Part shown: positions 26,951 to 35,686 of the stretch, piece by piece
How the letters are laid out: each line of letters starts with the position of its first letter
How positions within the stretch are numbered: the first letter of the stretch is position 1
From: Terriglobales bacterium
GTDB lineage: Bacteria; Acidobacteriota; Terriglobia; Terriglobales; Acidobacteriaceae
Length of the DNA stretch: 42,762 bases
Direction: 5' to 3'
Assembly: GCA_049512675.1 (NCBI GenBank)
Contig: JBEKWX010000003.1
Coordinates: forward strand, 1-42,762
Made by a program: the position numbers and the translations under genes
The notes under the pieces: model-generated
What the model saw: the letters and a program-made list of their open reading frames with translations, nothing else
Database searches by the model: none
Told to the model about the DNA's origin: nothing

Positions 26951-28624
26951 ATGCACCCCGCAGTGACAACCTCAACCATCGGCGAAGAAGAAAAGGCACA
27001 GGTTCGCGCCGTCGTGTTTGGTCACCTGGCGGGTGTTGTTCTGGCGCCCACGGTGAAAGCCCTGTGGGACCGGCGAGTGTTCGATCTCTTCGGATCCGCT
27101 GGCGAGTGGGTGGATTTCGACCGGGTCGCGCAAGAGACTCGCGCCAACCGCGGTTACTTGCGAGTCGCGTTGCGCCTGCTGGCATCGTGCGGCTGGCTGA
27201 AGCAGCAAGTCGAAAGCGAACACGCCCCACGCTACGCACTGACGGCCGAAGGAAGAGTCGCAGTGAGCACGGCGCCACTTCTGTATGGCGAAGTGCTCTC
27301 TTTTGTTGCGAAGGCGATTTTCCTGGAAGATTTTCTTTTTGGAGCATCCGACCGTCCCGTTCTCCCATCGCTGCAGGAACTGGTTCGCCGGTCGAAAGAG
27401 CGCTGGGGCCTGCAACATGACGCCGACCCTGTTGTCAGCCGGGTACGCAATCAAATTCGCGAACACCTCGATGGCCTGCTCATCGGCCCAGCCATGGTTG
27501 CCTTGGCGCGCGCTGAGATTCTGGCTCAACTCGACGAGCGCCCGGTGGACCTCAATGCCATTGCCGCTAATCGCGCGAGCCTTGCCTGCATCCTCGACCT
27601 GCTGGCCGCGCAGGGATGGGTCGCGCGCGACAAGAATTCCGTGAGCCTGACCGCGTGCGGCCGTTACGCGGCTCAAATTGCGACTTCCTACGGGGTCACC
27701 GTCTCCTACCTCCCGCTTTTCGACAATGTGAGTACCCTCTTGTTCGGCAATTCCCGCATCCCGCGTATGGACGAAAGTGGAGTGGAACTGCTCGTCAACC
27801 GCGGCATGAACGTGTGGGGCAGCGGCGGTGCGCATCGCACGTATTTCAAGAAAGTGGACGAGATCATCGTCGAGATCTTCAACCGGCCACTGCATCTGCA
27901 GCCTCGGGGCATCTGCGACATGGGCTGCGGCGACGGGAGCTTTCTCGAACATTTGTACTTCGCCGTGAAGAACAAAACCGAGCGCGGCAAGGTGCTCGAC
28001 AAGCATCCTCTGATCCTCGTCGGCGCGGACTTCAACAAGGTGGCGCGCCGGGTCGCCAAGCAGACGCTGCGGAAAGCCGGCACCCCCGTCTATCACGTAA
28101 TTCCGGGCGACATTAACCGCCCGGCGCAGCTGGCGAGCGACCTGGAAGAACTGAACCTGGACATTCACGATCTGCTCCACGTGCGCTCTTTCCTCGACCA
28201 CAACCGGCCGTACATTCCGCCGGCGAATTATGCGGGAGGAACGCGCATCGGAAAATCCACCGGAGCGTTCGCGCACCTCGGCGAAGAGATCGCGTGTGAC
28301 GAGTTGGAAGAAAATCTGACCCGCCACTTGCGGCGGTGGGCGCCATACGTAGGACGGTTCGGCTTGCTGGCGCTGGAACTGCACACGCTGCCTCCGGAAG
28401 TCGCGGCGGCGAATTTGTCCAAGACGCCGGCTGTGGCCTACGACGGCACCCATGGGTTCTCCGATCAATATCTCGTGGAATTAGCGATCTTTCTGGATGC
28501 GGCCAAAGAAGCCGGCCTGAAAGCCGATCCGCGATTCCAGGCGAAGTTCCCGCCATCAGAGTTGGCGACGGTAAGCATCAACTTCTTCACGACGGCCGGC
28601 GATCCATTCGACGCCGGACTGTAA
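26951..28624 (+). CDS. Large class-I SAM-dependent methyltransferase with a duplicated N-terminal winged-helix-like module
   Basis: SAM motif I 'RGICDMGCGDGSFLEHL'. Internally repeated N-terminal modules ending '...ALRLLASCGWLKQ' and '...ILDLLAAQGWVAR'. C-terminal 'YDGTHGFSDQYLVE'. Starts 44 nt after the second MetE-like gene. Confidence 0.75.
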   Translation: MHPAVTTSTIGEEEKAQVRAVVFGHLAGVVLAPTVKALWDRRVFDLFGSAGEWVDFDRVAQETRANRGYLRVALRLLASCGWLKQQVESEHAPRYALTAEGRVAVSTAPLLYGEVLSFVAKAIFLEDFLFGASDRPVLPSLQELVRRSKERWGLQHDADPVVSRVRNQIREHLDGLLIGPAMVALARAEILAQLDERPVDLNAIAANRASLACILDLLAAQGWVARDKNSVSLTACGRYAAQIATSYGVTVSYLPLFDNVSTLLFGNSRIPRMDESGVELLVNRGMNVWGSGGAHRTYFKKVDEIIVEIFNRPLHLQPRGICDMGCGDGSFLEHLYFAVKNKTERGKVLDKHPLILVGADFNKVARRVAKQTLRKAGTPVYHVIPGDINRPAQLASDLEELNLDIHDLLHVRSFLDHNRPYIPPANYAGGTRIGKSTGAFAHLGEEIACDELEENLTRHLRRWAPYVGRFGLLALELHTLPPEVAAANLSKTPAVAYDGTHGFSDQYLVELAIFLDAAKEAGLKADPRFQAKFPPSELATVSINFFTTAGDPFDAGL

Positions 28625-28664
28625 GGCGATGGAGGGACGGGCGTCCTGGCCCGCCCGAGTTGTT

Positions 28665-29011
28665 TCAGGGCTTGACCTTCTCCGCGTCCCCGGCAGCTTT
28701 TGCCTTCGCCTCGCTCACGCTCTCATTGGCGCGGAAAATGACGAAGTCGCGAATGTCAGCCGCATCTTGCTGCGATACTTCCTTGCTAAAACGTTGATGG
28801 CCCGTAGGGGACTGAAGCGCTGCTCGCTATACGTGCGCCCGTACGTCAACCAATTTCCCGGCTGACTCTCGGCCTTCACGATCTGTGCGTCGCTCACGCT
28901 TGCTGAAGGCGCCGCCTCAGCTTTTGTTTCTTGCGCAGGGGAGAGGTTGTATCGCTGGAAAACCAGAGCACCGAGAACAACTACAATAACTCCAACGTTG
29001 GGCTTGCGCAT
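28665..29011 (-). pseudogene. Deletion remnant of a PQQ-dependent (quinohemoprotein-type) alcohol dehydrogenase
   Basis: ATG 29011 is followed by a signal peptide and the N-terminal signature 'VSDAQIVKAESQPGNWLTYGRTYSEQRFSPLRAIN', after which homology stops near 28800. In a different frame, 28800-28665 reads 'FSKEVSQQDAADIRDFVIFRANESVSEAKAKAAGDAEKVKP*', a cytochrome-c-domain-like C-terminal tail. The roughly 550 aa expected between the two pieces are absent. Confidence 0.6.
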
Positions 29012-29016
29012 TACTC

Positions 29017-29466
29017 TCAACCCTTCCGACCAGGGCGTTTTTTCGCAGCCGAGAGTTTCCGGATCACTTCCTGGGGCAGAGGCACGCTCTTCATCCGGTT
29101 AGCCTCCGTGGGATGGGCAGCCGCCCACACGTGCGTCTCCCAGCCCTCCAGGGCCAACACACCATCGCGCAGGAATCTGTGGCTGATCACAAAACTGCTC
29201 TTTCTCCATTCGGTGACGCAGGATTCCGCCACCAGTTCGTCGCCATACGTGGACGGGGTGATAAACCGCGCTCGAGCCTCCACCAGCGGAATGCCAACGA
29301 CGCCATGGGATTTGAACAGCTGCCGCAGAGGAAGTCCCGCCGCACGAAACAGCGCCGATGTGCAGTGATCGAACCAGCGGAAATAGTTGGCATAGAAGAC
29401 GATCTCTCCCGGATCACAATCTCCGAACTCGACCCGGATTCGAATACGATTCACAAGCATAATCAA
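29017..29466 (-). CDS. Hotdog-fold acyl-CoA thioesterase (4HBT/YbgC type)
   Basis: 'IRVEFGDCDPGEIVFYANYFRWFDHCTSALFRAAG', with the catalytic Asp in the 'DCDP' context. 149 aa. Confidence 0.8.
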   Translation of the reverse strand: MIMLVNRIRIRVEFGDCDPGEIVFYANYFRWFDHCTSALFRAAGLPLRQLFKSHGVVGIPLVEARARFITPSTYGDELVAESCVTEWRKSSFVISHRFLRDGVLALEGWETHVWAAAHPTEANRMKSVPLPQEVIRKLSAAKKRPGRKG

Positions 29467-29526
29467 CTCTACCCCTACACAAGAAGACCGCGCAGTGAAA
29501 ACTCACAATGCTACAAGCTTCAGCCT

Positions 29527-30888
29527 CTATGGCCGCAGAGACCCGGCGGTAACTTCCGCGTTCTGGTACGCCTTTCTCACCAGTTGCCCTTTCATCTCGT
29601 AGCGTGGCAGCGTGCCTGCACGCACCAATTCGACCGACGCCGAAACGCTCAGTATCGCTTTGATCTTGCGCTCAACCGCCAACCTGAGCGCAGCCGAAGC
29701 CGCTGGCTCACCGCAACACTCCGCGATAACTTTCAGCGGCGGCTCGACCCCGGGCCCCGGCTTGTCCAGCACTATTTGAATCTCCCCGGTCGTCGCCGGA
29801 TAGAAACTCGAAACTACATCTTTGATCGCCGAGGGAAAAACATTCACGCCCAGCACGATCAGCATATCGTCCGTACGCCCGACGCAACGGAGCTTGAAAC
29901 CCGTACGGCCACACGCACAAGAAGTGCCCAACACCTGAACCCGGTCACGCGTGCGAAAACGAAGCAGGGGAACGCACTCCCGCTGCAAGCTGGTGTATAC
30001 CAGTTCCCCCGTTACGCCCGCTTCGTGCGGAAGGTTCTCGCCGGTCTGCGGATCGATGATCTCCACGACCACAGCATCCGGCCCGTTGAAGTGCATCCCA
30101 GACTGCTCCGCGCATTCACTGAAAATGATGGGCGCCATGTCGGCGTTTCCCAGCCCTTCCGTGACTCGCGCGCCCCAGTCCTGCTCCAGTTTGCCGCGTA
30201 TGGCAGGGATTCCGGCCCCGGGCTCGCCTCCACAGAACAGTTTTTTCAACCCCAGGTCTCGCGGATCTATGCCGGCTTCCCGGCGCACGAAATCGGCGAA
30301 GTACGCGGCATAGGACGGCGTGCAATGCATCGCGTTCACGCCCAGCAGCGGAATCATCGCCAGCGCCTTCTCCGATGCGCCTGTGCCCAGCGGAACAAAC
30401 ACCGCACCCAGCGATTCGATCGCATCCTTCGAAGTCAATCCGGCGACAAACAGCGTGAGCCCCGCCGCGTGAACCACAACATCGGTCTTCCTCAAACCCT
30501 GCGTATAGAACGATCGCGCCGTGAGCCTCGTCCATACCTTCGCGTCCCTCCGTGTGATTCCGACGAAGCTGGGCTTACCGCTGGTGCCGGTCGAGCTGTG
30601 AACGCGAATCACGTCACGCCAGTCGGCGGCGATGTGCCGTCCCAAGGGCGGATGCGCCGCCTGGCTTGCGCGCAATTCTTCCTTCGTTGTGAAGGGGAAA
30701 CGGGCCAAGTCGCGCAACTTGCGAAAGTCCTTGCGACGAACTCCGGCACCACGGCACTTTTCCTGATAGAACTCGGATCGAGCTAATAAGTAGTCGAGTT
30801 GCCGCGCGAGGAGTGCCTGTTGCAGACTAGCGGTCTCGTTCGCTGCCGCCGTCTCGAGCTTGCGGTCCAAGTAATCGTTCTGTCTCAT
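29527..30888 (-). CDS. Phenylacetate-CoA-ligase-like (PaaK / F390-synthetase family) adenylating enzyme
   Basis: 'FPFTTKEELRASQAAHPPLG', 'VHSSTGTSGKPSFV', 'GELVYTSLQRECVPLLRFRTRDRV', 'CVGRTDDMLIVLGVNVFPSAI'. ATG 30888 gives a typical family N-terminus. The ORF-track start at 31038 would overlap the cupin gene. Confidence 0.8.
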   Translation of the reverse strand: MRQNDYLDRKLETAAANETASLQQALLARQLDYLLARSEFYQEKCRGAGVRRKDFRKLRDLARFPFTTKEELRASQAAHPPLGRHIAADWRDVIRVHSSTGTSGKPSFVGITRRDAKVWTRLTARSFYTQGLRKTDVVVHAAGLTLFVAGLTSKDAIESLGAVFVPLGTGASEKALAMIPLLGVNAMHCTPSYAAYFADFVRREAGIDPRDLGLKKLFCGGEPGAGIPAIRGKLEQDWGARVTEGLGNADMAPIIFSECAEQSGMHFNGPDAVVVEIIDPQTGENLPHEAGVTGELVYTSLQRECVPLLRFRTRDRVQVLGTSCACGRTGFKLRCVGRTDDMLIVLGVNVFPSAIKDVVSSFYPATTGEIQIVLDKPGPGVEPPLKVIAECCGEPAASAALRLAVERKIKAILSVSASVELVRAGTLPRYEMKGQLVRKAYQNAEVTAGSLRP

Positions 30889-31015
30889 AAGAGAGGGTGT
30901 TGCTGCGTCGTGCCATAGGAGGAGTGCGACAGATTCTCTCGAACGTCCGTTCCATTTGTAAATCGGTTCCTGCGTTTGCTTACTAAGGATCAAGCCCGCA
31001 AAGATGTTCTCAAAC

Positions 31016-31393
31016 TCATAATTGATCTTTGAGTTCAATTATAAGGATGCTGATCTCGGACGGCCCGAGGTTCTCCACCGTGTGCGGCGGCAGCGGTTGC
31101 ATCCACTGGGCGCAGGGGATTTTCGGCGCGTCTTCCGCTTGACGGCTATCGAACAGGATTTCGCCCCTCTCATCCCGCCGGATGAAATGGCTCCAGCTCC
31201 GCAGGTAAGCGACCCCACCCCATCGATGCGTGTGAAGCGGAACTACATCTCCCGCCGCAACGCGGGTATGAAGAACGCGCACCCGCTGGTCTTCCAGCAA
31301 CAGTTGATGATGGTCTGGCGCAGCTACGATTGCATCGAGCGAATCCGGCCACGGCCACTGTTTCGGGTTCGGAAGGACTGGATTTTGACTCAT
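31016..31393 (-). CDS. Cupin-domain protein
   Basis: 125 aa with a cupin-like metal motif region 'GDVVPLHTHRWGGVAYL...PPHTVENLG'. Confidence 0.65.
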   Translation of the reverse strand: MSQNPVLPNPKQWPWPDSLDAIVAAPDHHQLLLEDQRVRVLHTRVAAGDVVPLHTHRWGGVAYLRSWSHFIRRDERGEILFDSRQAEDAPKIPCAQWMQPLPPHTVENLGPSEISILIIELKDQL

Positions 31394-31460
31394 CGTCTCA
31401 TGTCCCGCAAGCTCGCAACATTAACTACACACAAAAATATGCCCCGAATCCCCGAGCATT

Positions 31461-32306
31461 CTATCCAAACTGCGCCATCGTCGTGCGAAACGCGCGCGTC
31501 GTCAACTCTTCCAGCGGCAGCGTCCGGAGTTCAGCAGACAGAACTTCAATTCCCCAAGGCCCGGTGTAGCCCGCCTTCTGCATGCCCTGAACGAAGCCCC
31601 GGACATCAAACTCTCCCTCGCCGCAGAGCCGACGGTGGTTGATCGTGTCTTCGTGCAAACTCCAAGGCGAATGAATAGTTCCATCGTTCAACTCCACGCC
31701 GACCACGTATTCCACAGGCACGCGGCATACTTCTTCATACGGAATCCCGAGCTTCACCACGTGCCACAGATCGAAGAGAATTCCGCCGTTGGGCGCTCCC
31801 GCGCCCTTCACCATCGCCAACGACTCCTCCAGCGTTCGGATCATGGAAAAGGGCATAAGCTCGAAGCCGATTTTTGTGCCGTGCTGCGCGGCCTCCTCGC
31901 ACAGAATGCCAAACGCATCGATGAGTCGCGGCAGAGGGCATAGCTCCTGAAACAAATCTCCAACCTTGATATGACGCGCGCCCAGCACTTCGGCGGCCTC
32001 GAACAAACTTGCTTTTCGAATGTCCGATAACTTCTTGCGTTCTCCCTCCAGGAACCAATCCGTCAGGAATTCCAGCTCCACGTGTTGGATGCAGTTGTCG
32101 TCGAGGAGCTGCTTCATTTCCTTGAGGCGGTATTTTTCTAGAACGTGTTCGAGGTCGGCATGCCAGATGCCAAAGCCTTTGAAGCCCGCTCTGGCAGCCG
32201 ATTGCACACGATCTTTGAAATCGAACGGGCTATACTCCCGGTCCGTGTGGGGAAGACCTGCCGAAATCGTCCAGTAAGAAGCCAGCAAATCGACGCCTGG
32301 TGTCAT
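31461..32306 (-). CDS. Xylose-isomerase-like TIM-barrel protein (sugar phosphate isomerase/epimerase family)
   Basis: 'RVQSAARAGFKGFGIWHADL', 'HVELEFLTDWF', 'GARHIKVGD', 'GTKIGFELMPFS', 'FDLWHVVK', 'VVGVELNDG'. 281 aa. Confidence 0.75.
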   Translation of the reverse strand: MTPGVDLLASYWTISAGLPHTDREYSPFDFKDRVQSAARAGFKGFGIWHADLEHVLEKYRLKEMKQLLDDNCIQHVELEFLTDWFLEGERKKLSDIRKASLFEAAEVLGARHIKVGDLFQELCPLPRLIDAFGILCEEAAQHGTKIGFELMPFSMIRTLEESLAMVKGAGAPNGGILFDLWHVVKLGIPYEEVCRVPVEYVVGVELNDGTIHSPWSLHEDTINHRRLCGEGEFDVRGFVQGMQKAGYTGPWGIEVLSAELRTLPLEELTTRAFRTTMAQFG

Positions 32307-32354
32307 CCCGATTCTCCGCTGGGAAGAATGCGCCGGGGCTTGTTTGAGAACATC

Positions 32355-33851
32355 TTAAAGTTGCGCGCAGACTGCCTTGGATTCGGTGTACAGCTCCAGT
32401 GCTGCATGGCCCATTTCGCGCCCCCATCCCGACTGCTTGTAGCCACCGAAAGGCAAGGCTGGATCAAAGACGTTGTAGCAATTGAGCCACACCGTTCCGG
32501 CGCGAAGCTTGGCAGCCATGCGGTGCGCCTTGCCGATATCGCGGGTCCAGACCGCCGCCGCCAGTCCATAGATCGTGTCATTGGCAAATTTGACGACCTC
32601 GTCCGGGTCGTTAAACGGAATGGCAGTGACGACGGGACCAAAGATTTCCTCGCGCACGACTTTCATGTGCGGCTTCACGTCGATCAGGATGGTGGGCTCA
32701 ACGAAATATCCCGTGTTCCCAATCCGGTGGCCACCTACGGTTGCCTTGGCGCCTTCGTTGGCGCCGGAATCAAGATAGCCGCAAACACGGGCGAGCTGCT
32801 CCCTCGAAACCAGCGGCCCGAGGTTGGTGGACGGGTTGATGCCGGGGCCAACCTGGAATTTCGTAGTTTCCTCGGCAACGCCTTCGATGACTTTGTCGAA
32901 GATGCTCTTGTGCACGAACAGGCGCGAACCGGCGGTACAGATCTGCCCCTGATTAAAGAATATGGCACTGGCGCTTCCGGGAATGGCTGCATTCAAGTCG
33001 GCGTCGGCAAAAACCACGTTGGGTGATTTCCCGCCAAGTTCGAGGGAGACTTTTTTCAGATTCCCCGTAGCTGCTTGTGCAATCAGCTTACCGACCTCGG
33101 TGGAGCCGGTGAAGGCGATCTTATCCACGTCGGGATGCGCGGCCAGGGCGGCACCGGCCGTTTCGCCAAAGCCCGGCACGATGTTGACCACTCCGACCGG
33201 GAAGCCCGCTTCCTGGATCAATTCCCCCAGCTGCAGAGCCGTGAGCGGCGTTTGCTCGGCCGGCTTAAGCACGCACGTGCACCCGACAGCGAGCGCGGGA
33301 GCGAGTTTCCACGAGGCCATGATGAGCGGGAAATTCCATGGGATGATCTGCCCTACAACCCCAACCGGTTCCCGCAGCGTGTAAGCGAAGTACTTGGCGC
33401 CGGGCATGGAAATCGGAATGGTGGCGCCCTCAATTTTCGTTGCCCAACCAGCCATGTAACGGAATACGTCCACTGCGGTGGGGACGTCGACGATGCGCGA
33501 GAAGAGGAGCGGCTTGCCGTTGTCCAAGGTTTCAAGTTCGGCGAGTTCCTCGTGGTGCTGCTCGATCAGGTCGGAGAGCTTCCACAAAAGACGCCCGCGC
33601 TCCGCAGGGGACATATCCGGCCACGGCCCGGTTTCGAAAGCCTTACGTGCCGCCGCCACGGCTTGGTCAATGTCAGCGCGGTCGCCTTCCGCCACCTGCG
33701 CCAAGACCTCGCCCGTCGCGGGGTTGTAGGTTTCGAAGGTCTTGCCCGAGCGGGCTTCGACCCATTCGCCGCCAATCAGCAGCTTTCTGGGCCGGCTCAG
33801 AAACTCCTGAACTGACCTGTGTAGTTGAACGGGCGTGGTTGTACTGGCCAT
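32355..33851 (-). CDS. NAD(P)+-dependent aldehyde dehydrogenase
   Basis: 'KLLIGGEWVEARSGKTFETYNPATGEVLA', 'SLELGGKSPNVVFADADL', catalytic Cys 'FFNQGQICTAGSRLFV', 'GGYKQSGWGRE'. Confidence 0.9.
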   Translation of the reverse strand: MASTTTPVQLHRSVQEFLSRPRKLLIGGEWVEARSGKTFETYNPATGEVLAQVAEGDRADIDQAVAAARKAFETGPWPDMSPAERGRLLWKLSDLIEQHHEELAELETLDNGKPLLFSRIVDVPTAVDVFRYMAGWATKIEGATIPISMPGAKYFAYTLREPVGVVGQIIPWNFPLIMASWKLAPALAVGCTCVLKPAEQTPLTALQLGELIQEAGFPVGVVNIVPGFGETAGAALAAHPDVDKIAFTGSTEVGKLIAQAATGNLKKVSLELGGKSPNVVFADADLNAAIPGSASAIFFNQGQICTAGSRLFVHKSIFDKVIEGVAEETTKFQVGPGINPSTNLGPLVSREQLARVCGYLDSGANEGAKATVGGHRIGNTGYFVEPTILIDVKPHMKVVREEIFGPVVTAIPFNDPDEVVKFANDTIYGLAAAVWTRDIGKAHRMAAKLRAGTVWLNCYNVFDPALPFGGYKQSGWGREMGHAALELYTESKAVCAQL

Positions 33852-34189
33852 GTGTCTCCCTTCTTGCCGTTGCGCCGTGGTTGTAATCGCCTCCGAGCTT
33901 CGAGCACATTGGCGACGTCAGATGTCTCCCTGGTCCAACTGCAGCCAACCGATTGTAGGCAGAAGTAGCGCGATTGCAAGGGGGAACCCTAACGTAACCA
34001 GGTCCCCAGGAAGAGACCACGATGACGCATCAACCAGACAACCGGGGCGCAGACCTTGCTGGAACCGTCCGTGACATGAGGTGGTGCTTCCGCGTGACTA
34101 CACACCTCTCAGGTGTGCTACGCCATGACCTCGGTCACTTGAGGTCGCCTGCGTCAGAACGTAAGCTGCAACGAGAGAAGGAGGGCACA

Positions 34190-35376
34190 GTGGATATACC
34201 GGCTCACCCTCCTGTTGCTCATACTGCTGCCGCCACAAAGCCAACTATCCCCATGCCGGCATTGCTCTTGGCGATGCTTCACGTCTCGAACCGGGTGAGT
34301 GACCTAATTTTTTCGCCAGGGAGCGTACCGCACGTCGAGGTGAGCGGCCAGTTATGCTAGCCCCTGAAGACACTCGTCGGATCTCTGACGAACTCATTGG
34401 CAGCAACAAACAGGCTATAGCGACACTGCAGGAACAGGGATCCTGCGACATATCATACAGCCTTCCAGGCCAGTGTCGTTTTCGGGTGAACATCTTCGTG
34501 CAGCGGGGGAGCCACGCAATCGTCATGCGAGTTATCCCCAAGAGCATTCCCAGTTTCGCGGATCTCAACTTACCCGCGCAACTGGCCGAGATTGCCAGTC
34601 TGAGGAACGGCGTTGTGCTGGTTACGGGACCCACCGGCTCAGGCAAGTCCTCTACCATGGCGGCGATTCTGGACAGAATCAACGAAACTCAGGCGTATCA
34701 CATCATCACGATCGAAGATCCCATTGAGTTCTTGCATCGCCACAAGCGGTCGATCATTCACCAGCGAGAACTGCACAGTGACACTCCTAGCTTCGCCCTA
34801 GCCCTGCGGGCAGCCCTGCGTCAGGCTCCGAAAGTGATCCTGGTAGGAGAAATGCGGGACAAAGAGACGATTGAGATCGCTTTAGAAGCCGCCGAAACCG
34901 GCCACCTCGTCCTTTCCACGCTGCATACGATCGACGCCGCGAAGACGGTCGAGCGCGTTGTTGGAGTCTTCCCTTTGGCGGAGCAGTCCATCATTCGTAA
35001 CCGGCTCGCGAAAAGTTTCCGTTATATCCTTTCGCAGCGTCTCATACCTCGGAAGGACGGTGGCGGTCGCATCGCCGGGATAGAGATCCTCAAGTCGACG
35101 CTCCGGACACGGGAGTACATCGAGCGGGGCGAGGAGGAAGGTAAGACTCTTCTGGATGCCATGAGGGATGGGGATACGGAGGGTATGCAGCACTTCGATG
35201 GAGAGATTGAGAAGCTGACCCGAACTGGGACCATCGATCTGGAAACAGCACTGGCCTATGCAACCAACCCCGGAAATTTACGGTTGCAATTGGCTGACCT
35301 GAGCGAAAGCGCTCCGTCCGGAACGGCAAGAGCAACGCCCGCGGAGGAAGCTAGGCGAGCCCGAACTAGTAATTGA
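34190..35376 (+). pseudogene. pilT: Type IV pilus retraction ATPase PilT, frame-disrupted near 34350-34360
   Basis: The N-terminal segment (frame of 34190/34253) '...MPALLLAMLHVSNRVSDLIFSPGSVPHVEVSGQLC*' stops at TAG 34358-34360. The rest (34354-35376, frame shifted by one nucleotide) carries 'CRFRVNIF', Walker A 'GPTGSGKSST', 'ITIEDPIEF', 'VGEMRD' and 'AAETGHLVLSTLHT'. GTG 34190 has AAGGAGG 5 nt upstream. ATG 34253 is an alternative start. Confidence 0.8.
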
Positions 35377-35400
35377 ACCCCCGCTGGCAACACCCGGAAA

Positions 35401-35487
35401 CGGGTCAATGAGTGCAATCGGGATTTAACAACAACTGACCTATTCATCCACCAACAACCCCGTCGCTTTGATTGACTTGCCCGTTTC
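35401..35487 (+). repeat. 87-bp dispersed repeat, copy 1
   Basis: CGGGTCAATGAGTGCAATCGGGATTTAACAACAACTGACC...ATTGACTTGCCCGTTTC. Same length as copy 2. The 5' 40 nt are near-identical and the 3' 17 nt identical. Confidence 0.6.
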
Positions 35488-35686
35488 TCAAAAGGGCCTG
35501 CGCTGGGCGGACGCAATCAGCAGCAGCGCAGCAAGCACAGTAGTGCCAGACCGCCGCGCGGATAACTGCGGCTGCAAGTTTCGTCGAGCCGAATTCGGCC
35601 CGATATCCGAAGAGAAGTGCGGAGCCGACTGTCCCGCATAGTGCAGGAGGATGGCAGTGGGTTCCGGGCCTTGGTCGGCCCCGGGC

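Noticed and set aside
26972-28468. 498-aa minus-strand ORF antisense to the 557-aa methyltransferase
   Set aside because: Same reasoning. The translation shows no recognisable domain and has an Arg/Gln/Val-rich composition. The plus-strand frame carries the SAM motif and sensible domain structure.
33852-34189. Riboswitch (for example c-di-GMP) in the structured region upstream of pilT
   Set aside because: Hairpins are present, such as CACACCT-CTC-AGGTGTG near 34098-34114 and GACCTC-N8-GAGGTC near 34126-34145. I could not recognise the conserved GEMM or any other riboswitch core, so there is no support beyond generic stem-loops.
34345-34360. Programmed -1 ribosomal frameshift in pilT
   Set aside because: The junction (GGC CAG TTA TGC TAG) has no X XXY YYZ slippery heptamer and no obvious downstream stimulatory structure. 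A mutation or sequencing error is far more likely.
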